From: Devosia sp. 66-14
GTDB taxonomy: Bacteria; Pseudomonadota; Alphaproteobacteria; Rhizobiales; Devosiaceae
Length of the DNA stretch: 64,000 nt
Reading direction: 5' to 3'
Assembly: GCF_001899085.1 (NCBI RefSeq)
Contig: NZ_MKVB01000006.1
Coordinates: 1,073,492 to 1,137,491, forward strand
The translations under genes and the position numbers were made by a program. Positions 9,865 to 18,355 of this stretch are shown here, piece after piece (the stretch's first letter is position 1; every line of letters begins with the position of its first letter). The notes beneath the pieces were generated by a model, which was given only the letters and a program-made list of their open reading frames with translations, did no database searches and was not told the origin of the DNA.

Positions 9865-9953
9865 GATGTGTCTCCTCAATCACAGTTAGTCGTTGGGTCT
9901 TCGGGTTGTTCTTGGTCTTCCGGAGTTCCTCGGCTCCGGCGTCACCACGGCCG

Positions 9954-10748
9954 TCAGGCCGCGATCAGCACCTCCAGATCGGCGATCATGGCGATGAGTT
10001 CGGTCCGCTGGCGGTGGAAGGCGTCGGGGTCGCGCCCCGGCTCCAGGATCGCCGTCATGCGGGAAGTGAAATCGGGCGGCAGCAGCGGCAGCTCGGCCGC
10101 CATCGGCAGGTTCCAGCCATCACCCGGGTAGTAGACGCGGTTGAGTGCGAACACGACCTGCAGGATCGCGTTGCTGAGCTTGCCGGTAATGCCGACGAGA
10201 AACACCAGGTCGCGCCGATCGACCTTGCTCTCGTAGTGATAGTCGGCCGCCCAATAGTTCAGGATCTCGCGATACTGCCGCAGGACGGCGTCGCGCAGCG
10301 GCTCCGGATAGCGAACCAGCCGGCTCTTCCAGCCCGCCAGCCGCCCCTCCGGATCGTTGACGATCTGCTGGGTCGAGAGATCGGTGGGCAGGTGGTAGCC
10401 CCAGATGGTCCACTCGAAGCTCTTGGGGATGGCGATGCCGCCGAGCCAGGCGCCGAGATCGCTCTCGACGCCGGCATAGCTGCGCATCCAGACCCCATCC
10501 ATGCGCACGCCCCGCGCCTGCCACTCCGCCATGCCCGCCTCGAACCGCTGCCACTGCCTGGTGGCTTTCAGCTCGGGGCGGTAAGCGTGGGCATAGACCC
10601 GGAAGTCGTAGTCCGACTGCCGGTCCGAGCGGCCCTTGCCGCGCGACCCGGCCAGTGCCACGGCGCCGGCCCCATCCTCGGCGAGGTCGGCGACGAGCGG
10701 AGCCATCGCCGCGATCAGTTCGGCTGCCGATGCTGCTTCTTCGGCCAT
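9954..10748 (-). CDS. Pol-beta-fold nucleotidyltransferase with DUF4037-like C-terminal domain
   Basis: 'LAGSRGKGRSDRQSDYDF' matches the G-S-x10-D-x-D NTase motif. C-terminal 'VVFALNRVYYPGDGW' resembles DUF4037 proteins. Confidence 0.7.
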   Translation of the reverse strand: MAEEAASAAELIAAMAPLVADLAEDGAGAVALAGSRGKGRSDRQSDYDFRVYAHAYRPELKATRQWQRFEAGMAEWQARGVRMDGVWMRSYAGVESDLGAWLGGIAIPKSFEWTIWGYHLPTDLSTQQIVNDPEGRLAGWKSRLVRYPEPLRDAVLRQYREILNYWAADYHYESKVDRRDLVFLVGITGKLSNAILQVVFALNRVYYPGDGWNLPMAAELPLLPPDFTSRMTAILEPGRDPDAFHRQRTELIAMIADLEVLIAA

Positions 10749-10780
10749 CGCGTCACCAGGTCTCTGCTCGCCGTTCCTCC

Positions 10781-12103
10781 TCAGTCCTCGAGGATCAGCT
10801 CGACCACCGGGGTCACCACATCGGGCTTCAGCACCGGCAGTTCGAGCGTCAACATGCCGTCGCCGACGGCGACGCCGATGTTGGAATCGACCTCGGCATC
10901 GGGGTCGAGCCAGTGGATCTCGCTCGCGTCATGCAGGAACTGCGCGTATTTCACCTTGCGCCCCAGCCCCGGGATATGGACATGGCGGAACGGCCAGGTC
11001 TGGAGGTGGAGGTAGAGCCGGTTGCCCTTCTGGGTGAAGCGGGTGCCGACCGGCGCCTGGTACTCGGAGGGGCCGGCGCCGTAGATCGAACGGCCGTTGA
11101 CGTCGAGCCACTCGCCATAGGTCTCGAGCGCGGTGACGGCGCGCTTGTCGAAGGTGCCGCGAGCCGTCGGTCCGACATTCATCAACAGGTTGCCACCCAG
11201 CGCCACCGTATCGATCAGGATGTTGATCAGCTGGCCGGCATCCTTCCAGGTGTTCTCGTCACGGTGGTAACCCCACGAGCCCGAGAAGGTATGACAGACT
11301 TCCCAGCGCACCGGCTTGCCGTTGATGGTCGGCGCAACGCGCGGCGTATACTGCTCCGGAGTGGCGAGATCCTTGGGGAAGTTGCCGTCGGTGGGCAGGT
11401 CGAGGCGATCGCCGACAATGATGTTGGGCTGCAGTTCGCGCACCAGCCCGATCAGCTCCTCGGACTGCCAATCGGCACGGCCCTTACCGGGCATGCCCTT
11501 GTACTCGCGCTTGGGATAGCTGAAATCGAACCAGATCACCGAGATCTCGCCGAACCCGGTGAGCAGCTCGCGCACCTGGTTGTGCATGTACTCGGCATAC
11601 TTTCTGACGTCGCGGCTCTTGTTCATCTCGAGCGCATCGGGGTGGTTGCGCAGCGGATGGATGCCGTCGATCGGGAATTCCGGATGGTGCCAGTCGATCA
11701 GCGAATAGTAGAAGCCGACCTTCAGCCCCTCGGCGCGGAACGCCTCGACATAGGGTTTCAGCAGGTCCTTGCCATAGGGCGTGTTGGTCGCCTTGTAGTC
11801 GGTGAACTTCGAATCCCACAGGCAGAAGCCCTCGTGGTGCTTGGCGGTCAGCACCACATATTTCATCCCCGCCTCGCGCGCCCGGCGCGCCCACTCCTTG
11901 GGATCGTAGAGGTCGGGGTCGAAGTTCTCGAAATACTTCGCATAGGTTTCCGGCGCGATTTCCTCGCGGTGCTGCACCCATTCGTGGCGCGCGGCGAGGG
12001 CGTAAAGCCCGAAGTGAATGAACATGCCGAAGCGGTCATTGCTGAACCACGCCTTGCCGGCAGACGAGTCGAGGCCACCGCTGACGGTGAGTGCGCTATC
12101 CAA
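10781..12103 (-). CDS. Alpha-L-fucosidase (GH29)
   Basis: 'DRFGMFIHFGLY', 'AGMKYVVLTAKHHEGFCLWDS', nucleophile 'IWFD', 'GGNLLMNVGP'. RBS AAGGAGG. Confidence 0.93.
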   Translation of the reverse strand: MDSALTVSGGLDSSAGKAWFSNDRFGMFIHFGLYALAARHEWVQHREEIAPETYAKYFENFDPDLYDPKEWARRAREAGMKYVVLTAKHHEGFCLWDSKFTDYKATNTPYGKDLLKPYVEAFRAEGLKVGFYYSLIDWHHPEFPIDGIHPLRNHPDALEMNKSRDVRKYAEYMHNQVRELLTGFGEISVIWFDFSYPKREYKGMPGKGRADWQSEELIGLVRELQPNIIVGDRLDLPTDGNFPKDLATPEQYTPRVAPTINGKPVRWEVCHTFSGSWGYHRDENTWKDAGQLINILIDTVALGGNLLMNVGPTARGTFDKRAVTALETYGEWLDVNGRSIYGAGPSEYQAPVGTRFTQKGNRLYLHLQTWPFRHVHIPGLGRKVKYAQFLHDASEIHWLDPDAEVDSNIGVAVGDGMLTLELPVLKPDVVTPVVELILED

Positions 12104-12124
12104 TCTATCCTCCTTGGTCCGGTT

Positions 12125-12140
12125 ATCGAACCGGTTCGAT
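12125..12140. promoter_or_regulatory. LacI-family operator (perfect 16-bp palindrome ATCGAACCGGTTCGAT)
   Basis: Perfect palindrome with a central CG, just upstream of the GH29 gene in the divergent intergenic region shared with lacI. Confidence 0.75.
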
Positions 12141-12290
12141 TTTTATCCTGATGTCGACCGCGCCATGAGTCAAGGCAGATTCTGGAACAGGGCATCTCGG
12201 TGGATTTCGGTTGCACGAAACCCTGCAACTGCTAGGTATTGCAACAGAATTGTCCGCCGAGTTCCCCACCAAGCGAGCCTCCACTCCGGA

Positions 12291-12306
12291 TAGAAGCGGT
12301 TCGAGA
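12291..12306. promoter_or_regulatory. Second LacI-family operator (TAGAAGCGGTTCGAGA), probably autoregulatory
   Basis: Near-match to the 12125 palindrome, ending 8 nt before the lacI ATG. Confidence 0.55.
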
Positions 12307-12314
12307 AACAACTG

Positions 12315-13322
12315 ATGGCCACCATTCGTGACGTAGCGAGACTCGCAGAAGTCTCGGTCTCGACCGTGTCGCTGGCGCTCAGCAATCCGGGTCGGGTGAG
12401 CCAGAAAACGCTGGAGCGGATCCGCACCGCCGTGGCGGCGGTGGGCTATGTCGCCGACCCCCTGGCGCAGAGTCTGGCACGTGGCCGCTCGAAGATGATC
12501 GGGCTTGTCGTCGGCAATGTCGGCAACCCGTTCTTCGGCGATATCCGTCGCGAACTCGAGAACTACGCGCTCGAGCACGAGCACTTCGTCTTGATCGCCG
12601 ACTCCTCGGGCAAGCTCGAGCGTGAGCGGGCGCTGGTCGAGCACCTGATCGGGCTGAAGATCGCCGGCCTGGCGCTGGCGCCGTCGAGCTTCGGGCCGGA
12701 CTATGTGAAGTTCGTCGAAAGCCTCAAGGTGCCGATGGTCTGCTTCGACCAGAAGGTTGCCGGCATCGAGCGCGACTTCGTCGGCTCGGACAATTACCTC
12801 GCCGGCGCCATGCTGACCGAGCACCTGTTGCAACTGGGGCACCGGCGCATCGCCTTCATCGCCGGACCGCAGCACATGCACACCGCTTCGGAGCGCTATC
12901 GCGGCTTCATGGAGACCATGGCCAGCGCCGGAGTGGACGTGAACCCCAACTACGTGGTCGACGGTCAGTTCACCCGCTCGGCCGGCTACGAGGCGGCGAT
13001 GCGGCTGCTGATCCAGCCGGAGCGCCCCACTGCGATTCTGGGGGCCAACAACGCGGTGGCGCTGGCGGCGCTGCAGGCGATGCAGGAACTGGGCTTTGAC
13101 TGCCCGGGCGACATCTCACTGTGCATGATCGACGATGTGCAATGGAGCAACGTCATCACCCCGCGCATCACCATGGTGGTGCAGGATACGCTGAAGCTGG
13201 GCGGCATCATCGCGCGGCGACTGCTGCACCGCATCAGCACGCCCGACGCAGCGGCCGAGCCACCGCAGGATTTCGTGCTCGCGCCGAAGTTCGTGCCGGG
13301 CAATTCCTGTCGCCGGGTTTAG
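12315..13322 (+). CDS. LacI-family transcriptional regulator
   Basis: 'MATIRDVARLAEVSVSTVSLAL' HTH, hinge 'LAQSLARGRS', periplasmic-binding-fold C-terminal domain. Confidence 0.96.
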   Translation: MATIRDVARLAEVSVSTVSLALSNPGRVSQKTLERIRTAVAAVGYVADPLAQSLARGRSKMIGLVVGNVGNPFFGDIRRELENYALEHEHFVLIADSSGKLERERALVEHLIGLKIAGLALAPSSFGPDYVKFVESLKVPMVCFDQKVAGIERDFVGSDNYLAGAMLTEHLLQLGHRRIAFIAGPQHMHTASERYRGFMETMASAGVDVNPNYVVDGQFTRSAGYEAAMRLLIQPERPTAILGANNAVALAALQAMQELGFDCPGDISLCMIDDVQWSNVITPRITMVVQDTLKLGGIIARRLLHRISTPDAAAEPPQDFVLAPKFVPGNSCRRV

Positions 13323-13421
13323 TACGGCAGAGACCTCCGCCCTTCCGCTGCGGATCGCGGCATAGCCGCTTCCACCCGCTCGTCCTCGGCCTTATGGTTG
13401 GCGAAGCTGGAGGATTGCAGA

Positions 13422-14228
13422 TTGGGTTTCATTTACTGGATCGCGTCTTATCCAAAGTCCGGGAATAACTGGACTCGGGCCTTCCTGACCGACCTCATTA
13501 CGGACGGTGCGCGAAGTGCAACCGGGCAGTCGCCGCAGATCGTCCTCGATGAAACTCTTGGCCGGTTCTACAAACCGTTCCTGAAGAAATCACTCGAGAC
13601 TGCGAGCGAGATGGAACTGGCGGCGATCCGGCCGCATGCGCATCGGATGATCGCCAGGAAAGCGCAGAACTTCGTCCTGCTGAAAACGCACTCGCTGCTC
13701 GGGCTTCATCACGGCACACCCACGGTGACTTTCGACGTCACGGCAGGCGCGGTTTACCTGATGAGAAACCCGTTGGACGTTGCCGTCACCTACACCGAAC
13801 ATCGCAAGAAGGACTTGGACGATACGATCGCCGCCATGAACCACAGCGAGCGGATACCGAACCATCCGGCAACCCGCTCGTACGAGATCATCGGGTCGTG
13901 GAGTGAAAACGTCGCGTCGTGGACCAAGCCGCACGACCGGGTACTGGTGCTGCGCCATGAGGACATGCTGGCGGACCCGGCGGCAGCATTCGGCAGCATG
14001 GTGCAGTTCCTGAAAATGGACGTCAGTGCGGAGCAGCTCTCGCGCGCGCTGGAGAGCTCTCAGTCGCGGGCCGAGATCCCAGGCTTGTGGCGGAAGGAGC
14101 TGAGCGAGGAACAGGTTGCCACGCTGGTGAGACGTCACGAGGTCACCATGAAGCGCTTCGGCTACTGGCTGGATGAGTTTGATGGGCTGCTCGGGCGTTC
14201 AGCCACGCCCGCGGTCAGCTACCCGTAG
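13422..14228 (+). CDS. Sulfotransferase-domain protein (apparently shortened C-terminal region)
   Basis: 5'-PSB loop 'WIASYPKSGNNW', 'LKTH', 3'-PB 'RNPLDVAVT', 'LVLRHEDM'. TTG 13422 follows GGAGGA. Confidence 0.8.
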   Translation: MGFIYWIASYPKSGNNWTRAFLTDLITDGARSATGQSPQIVLDETLGRFYKPFLKKSLETASEMELAAIRPHAHRMIARKAQNFVLLKTHSLLGLHHGTPTVTFDVTAGAVYLMRNPLDVAVTYTEHRKKDLDDTIAAMNHSERIPNHPATRSYEIIGSWSENVASWTKPHDRVLVLRHEDMLADPAAAFGSMVQFLKMDVSAEQLSRALESSQSRAEIPGLWRKELSEEQVATLVRRHEVTMKRFGYWLDEFDGLLGRSATPAVSYP

Positions 14229-14231
14229 GGC

Positions 14232-15107
14232 TCAGAGCGCCGGCAGCGACCGGCTCATGAGGAAGCCGAGGGTCAGAAGCAATTCGTGCGAGCTGGTAAA
14301 GTGCACCCGGCTGGCGCGCGAGAGGTTCTCGGCATAGCTGCGGTTGGGAGCCGCCGCTGCGATGGTCCGCAGGCGCGCTCGGTCGCGTTGCGGCAGGTTC
14401 CCGGCAGCGAGATAGAGCAACTGGGCGCCTAGCCCCTCGAACAGCGGCGTGATCCTGACATTGGCAAACCTGGCCGCCGCTTCGGGCGACAGCAGCGCCG
14501 GATCAAAATCCAGCCCGTAACCGCCATCGACCTGACGCAAGCGACCGTCGATCAGCGGCAGTGCCCGCTGCGGCGTGAGCCCGGCGAACTCGGTGGTGTC
14601 GACCAGAAAACGCCTGGCGTCGGCAAGGGTAGCGAACCCTGCCCCGCCGGCGGCCTCCCTGACGGCATCGTCGACCGCCAGCCGCCACGGGAACCCGACA
14701 TCGGCCAGCACGAGCTTGGAGACCGTCAGTTCCTGCAGTCGCGTGAGCCCCAGGGCAAGCACCCCACCCCAGCCCTTGCCGATGACCATCAGCCGGGTGG
14801 TCCCCAGGGATTGGGCGAGCGCGAGCAACGCAACCATGTAGGTGTGGGGGTTGTAGTCGGCGACGTCGAGATAGGCGCTGGCCCCTCGCCCCGGCATATC
14901 GGGACAGACGACGCGAAATCCGTGCCCCGAAAGAACCACGGCAAGCCGCGAAAAGTCGGCGCCGTTGCCGAGAAAGTCGGGGATGCAGATGACGGTGCGC
15001 GTGGCCTTCTGAGGCTCGTATACCAGATAGGACAGCTCGGCGAAGCCTGCGGCGAGCGGCACGGCCAGCCGCCGGCGATCGGGCATTGGTGTACTGGACA
15101 TGTTCAT
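14232..15107 (-). CDS. Alpha/beta-hydrolase-fold protein lacking the catalytic Ser
   Basis: 'FRVVCPDMPGRGAS' is canonical. The nucleophile elbow reads 'IGKGWGG' instead of G-x-S-x-G. Confidence 0.75.
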   Translation of the reverse strand: MNMSSTPMPDRRRLAVPLAAGFAELSYLVYEPQKATRTVICIPDFLGNGADFSRLAVVLSGHGFRVVCPDMPGRGASAYLDVADYNPHTYMVALLALAQSLGTTRLMVIGKGWGGVLALGLTRLQELTVSKLVLADVGFPWRLAVDDAVREAAGGAGFATLADARRFLVDTTEFAGLTPQRALPLIDGRLRQVDGGYGLDFDPALLSPEAAARFANVRITPLFEGLGAQLLYLAAGNLPQRDRARLRTIAAAAPNRSYAENLSRASRVHFTSSHELLLTLGFLMSRSLPAL

Positions 15108-16309
15108 GCGCGTGTGGCGGCCTGCGCCTTGACCTCGCTGACCAGCGTCTCGAGCTGCGCGACGATCGCCGGCAAGCGCAGCGCCGGGTCATGCTCCTTC
15201 CAGCGCTCCAGCGACGCCAGGTGGTAGTGCTGGTAGGTCTCGTCGTCGGTCAGCAGCGTCCGCAATACCTCCACCCAGGGAATGGCGTCCGTCAGCGGGG
15301 GGACCAGCCAGTGGTCGCGAACGAGCGGTTCCGGCGGATCGATAACGATGCCCGCATCGCCAACCAGTTCGGGCAAGCCGCCCCTGTTCGTAACCACGGC
15401 AGGGATGCCCATCGACAGGGCCTCGACCGAGACACGCGGACCGCTATCGTGCCAGAGCGACAGCGCCAGCAGAACCTTGGTTGCGGCAAACACCGCGCCC
15501 ATGTCCTTCTGCAAACCGACGCGCGTCAGGTTGGGATAACGCGAGAGATCGATGCCGGTACGCCGCTCGGCATCGGACAGGGAGCTGCGGCTTTCGACGA
15601 CGAGGAACTTCGCCTCCGGCAAGGTCTGCGCCGCCAGCTCGACGATGCGCAGAAACAGCGTCACACCCTTTTCAGCCGCCGGGTTGATGAACGTCACATA
15701 TTGCGGCGACTGGGCATTGGCCGGCACCGTGGGTTTCTCGATGAACTTGCCGATCACCTGGCAGTTGAAGCCGAAACGTTCGGCAAACAGCTGCCGCGTC
15801 GCTTCGGTGTCGGTGAAGATGTGATCGACATGCGTGAAGGCTTCGAGCTTTTTGTAGCCTGGGTGCACCAGGTAAAAGATCGTCGCTATGCCGCGCTCGC
15901 GCGCCTTGCGCAGCAGCGATCGCTCGTAGCGGCGTGAACCGTACAGCAGCAGCACATCCGGCTGATAGGTGTCGAGCATCCGCAGCACCCGATTGTAGAG
16001 GGTCTGCTCTTCCTCGAGGGTGAACTCCCTCTGCGTCAGGTGCTCGGTGAACTCGACATAATGATGCACGTCGCCATCGACACCCAGCCAGAGCGTCTGG
16101 GGCAGCCCTGGCTCCTGAACCGGCTTGGCGCCGGTCGACATCAGGTTTTCCAGGGCATTACCGGGCCCAGGCCGATCATAGACATTGGCGCTGAAGGAAC
16201 GGCACTCGACGCCGTAGCGGCTGAGAAACTGCAGGAAAGTCTTGATGCTGATCGCGGCACCATTGCTGGTGTCGAGGGTGCAGTTGATGGCGCTGAACAG
16301 CAGCTTCAA
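15104..16309 (-). CDS. Glycosyltransferase family 4 (GT-B)
   Basis: 'FINPAAEKGV', 'QKDMGAVFAATKVLL', 'DSGPRVSVEALSMGIPAVVTNRGGLPE' (D/E-x7-E motif). Confidence 0.85.
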   Translation of the reverse strand: MKLLFSAINCTLDTSNGAAISIKTFLQFLSRYGVECRSFSANVYDRPGPGNALENLMSTGAKPVQEPGLPQTLWLGVDGDVHHYVEFTEHLTQREFTLEEEQTLYNRVLRMLDTYQPDVLLLYGSRRYERSLLRKARERGIATIFYLVHPGYKKLEAFTHVDHIFTDTEATRQLFAERFGFNCQVIGKFIEKPTVPANAQSPQYVTFINPAAEKGVTLFLRIVELAAQTLPEAKFLVVESRSSLSDAERRTGIDLSRYPNLTRVGLQKDMGAVFAATKVLLALSLWHDSGPRVSVEALSMGIPAVVTNRGGLPELVGDAGIVIDPPEPLVRDHWLVPPLTDAIPWVEVLRTLLTDDETYQHYHLASLERWKEHDPALRLPAIVAQLETLVSEVKAQAATRA

Positions 16310-16415
16310 GATGACATCTCACTGGCTTGGCAACGCCTTAGTCTGCCGCCGGCGCGCGCGGTTGTCACTCGCCAACTTGGCCTCGAGCGGCCATCACGGC
16401 ACGTCAGCATCACAA

Positions 16416-16453
16416 AACAAAGCGGCCGGGGCAGGCGCCCCGGCCGCTTTGTT
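16416..16453 (-). terminator. Rho-independent terminator of the beta-barrel gene
   Basis: 16-bp stem AACAAAGCGGCCGGGG / CCCCGGCCGCTTTGTT with a T-rich tail on the minus strand. Confidence 0.8.
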
Positions 16454-16469
16454 AGCGCCGTAACGTGAT

Positions 16470-17687
16470 TTAGAACGTGCCACCCAGCTTGATGAACGCA
16501 CCGTGGGTCAGCGTGTCGATCTTGGTGCTGGATGCCGTATCGTCACCGTTGATTTCGAACAGCTTCTCGGCCTGGTAGCCGACGGTGAGCACAGTGTTGT
16601 CGTTCAGGTAGTAATCGAGGCCGGCAGACGCCTGCAGATCGACCACTGTGGCATTGGTCTCGGTCGAGAATGTGCCGCTGCTGGCGAACGAGGAACTGCT
16701 GCCGCTCTGGTTCGATCCGAAGAACGAGTCGTACGACGAGTACGAATACTCGGACCACGAGGAATGGTAGCCGGTCGTGGTGACCTTCTTCTTGCCGAAC
16801 AGCACCGACGTCGCCACGGACCCCGACAGACCGAAATTGGTCCCTTCAAAGCGGGTCGCTGCCTGAACGCCGATCCGCGGACCGATGCCGGCAAACTTCA
16901 CCTCGGCAAGGCCGCTGAAGTACGATCCGCCCGAACTGGAGTAATAACCAGACCCGGTGTGCGAGCTGCCGTTGTAGGAGCTGAAGCTGTAGCCGCTGTA
17001 GTAGGAGTTGAAGTCCCCGGCGGATCCCTCAAACGAGCTCTTGAAGGACATGGCGCGGAGGCCGGCAAACAGCCTGACACTGAAGGTGTCGCTGAGGACC
17101 GGCGTATAGCCGACTTCAAGGTCGGCTGCCATGTAGCCGAAGGAGTGCTTTCCGCTCGCCCACGATCTGCTGAACGAACTGGTATACGACGAGTTAAAGT
17201 TCGACGAGCCGTAGTAGTAGCTGGAGGTGAAGGTTTCGCTGGTATCGCTGGCGCGCGCCGAAGCATAGCCGGTGGTGGAACCACCATTGACGACCGACAG
17301 GGTGCCGCGCACATCCCAGTTGGGATCGAGCTGCTTGCCGAAGGAAACCGAGCCGAAGAAGCCCTGGAAGCCACTCAGCCCGCTGCTGTACGAGCTGCCG
17401 TAGTGGCTCCACGAGGCCGAACTGTAGAAGCTGGAGCCACCGCTGGTGACATAGCTGCTGTTGCTGTCGGAGCTATAGCCGAGCGGCTGGGCGCCAACCT
17501 TGTCCTCGATCTCGGACAGGTATCTCTCGGAAGAGCTGAACATCAGCCCGCCGGTGACGCTGTAATAGTAGCCGTTTGCGCCAGGCGCCAGGACCTGCGC
17601 GTGAGCGGCCTGCATGCCGCCTGCGGTGGAAGCAGCTGCCGTCGCAAGCGCAGATACCGACCGCAGCAAAATCGCCTTGTTGTTCAC
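16470..17687 (-). CDS. Outer-membrane beta-barrel protein with Ser/Tyr/Gly-rich insertions (Lpg1974/BBP7-like)
   Basis: Signal peptide ending AHA-Q. Amphipathic strands ('AADLEVGY', 'VRLFAGLR', 'GIGPRIGV', 'QASAGLDYY', 'LTVGYQ') and C-terminal Phe in 'AFIKLGGTF'. GTG 17687 follows GGAG. Confidence 0.7.
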   Translation of the reverse strand: MNNKAILLRSVSALATAAASTAGGMQAAHAQVLAPGANGYYYSVTGGLMFSSSERYLSEIEDKVGAQPLGYSSDSNSSYVTSGGSSFYSSASWSHYGSSYSSGLSGFQGFFGSVSFGKQLDPNWDVRGTLSVVNGGSTTGYASARASDTSETFTSSYYYGSSNFNSSYTSSFSRSWASGKHSFGYMAADLEVGYTPVLSDTFSVRLFAGLRAMSFKSSFEGSAGDFNSYYSGYSFSSYNGSSHTGSGYYSSSGGSYFSGLAEVKFAGIGPRIGVQAATRFEGTNFGLSGSVATSVLFGKKKVTTTGYHSSWSEYSYSSYDSFFGSNQSGSSSSFASSGTFSTETNATVVDLQASAGLDYYLNDNTVLTVGYQAEKLFEINGDDTASSTKIDTLTHGAFIKLGGTF

Positions 17688-17827
17688 GTCGCCGACTCCC
17701 AAGCTCATTCTGCCCAGAAGCTAGACCGTATTCCGCGACCCGGCGAGTCCCTCCTGCAGCATTTCCGCCATCGTTCAGCAGTAATTGCGGCAATCGTGGT
17801 CGAAATGCCACAGAAAATGCTCTTTTG

Positions 17828-18298
17828 TCAGGTCTCCGAGGAGTCCTCCCCCCGTCGGGCCCGGTCAATCAGCACCGTCTTACGGGAGTCACGAAGTTGT
17901 CGGCCGTAGGATCGTTTGAAGAACCAGCGCATTTCCGGGTTCAACTCCCGCGCTCGGCGCATCAATGCTTTAGTAACGGCGGACTGCGTGCTGACAACGA
18001 TCGTCATGGCCATCGCGTCGTGGCCACGCTCCAGCACCTTCAGCGGTCCGCGATCCTCGATCCACAGTTCGGCGCTGGCCTGCAGAGTCGGCGTCCACCC
18101 GGCATAGGCGATCAGGTCATTGGTCTTGGACAGCGCCCCGAGCTGGCGCTGCTGCCGCAATTGCAGACGCACCGACCGGCTGAGCCGACTCAGCGGCCAA
18201 TCCGAAAAGGGGGGATGGCGGGACAGCAAGTCCAGCACCATGCCGTACGACTCGAAAGACCCGCTCAGGACTTCAATGCGATACTCGGTCGAGTCCAT
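17828..18298 (-). CDS. HlyC/CyaC (toxin-activating acyltransferase, TAAT)-like protein, divergent
   Basis: By-eye alignment to HlyC: 'YGMVLDLLSRHPPFSDWPLSRLSRSV..Q...LIAYAGW...G...ALMRRARELNP' versus '[26 protein letters not shown]..Q...PVAYCSW...G...ALYKYMRKKFP'. Confidence 0.5.
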   Translation of the reverse strand: MDSTEYRIEVLSGSFESYGMVLDLLSRHPPFSDWPLSRLSRSVRLQLRQQRQLGALSKTNDLIAYAGWTPTLQASAELWIEDRGPLKVLERGHDAMAMTIVVSTQSAVTKALMRRARELNPEMRWFFKRSYGRQLRDSRKTVLIDRARRGEDSSET

Positions 18299-18355
18299 CG
18301 GTGGTTTCCGTCAGGGAAGGCAACAAGAGCGACGCATGCATAGCAGCCAACGTGC

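Noticed and set aside
16503-17909. Long plus-strand ORF (468 aa), and similar long antisense ORFs such as 1340..2716, 24693..26147, 28915..30381, 59571..61373 and 61289..62803
   Set aside because: These are high-GC antisense shadows of well-supported genes, with no recognisable motifs.
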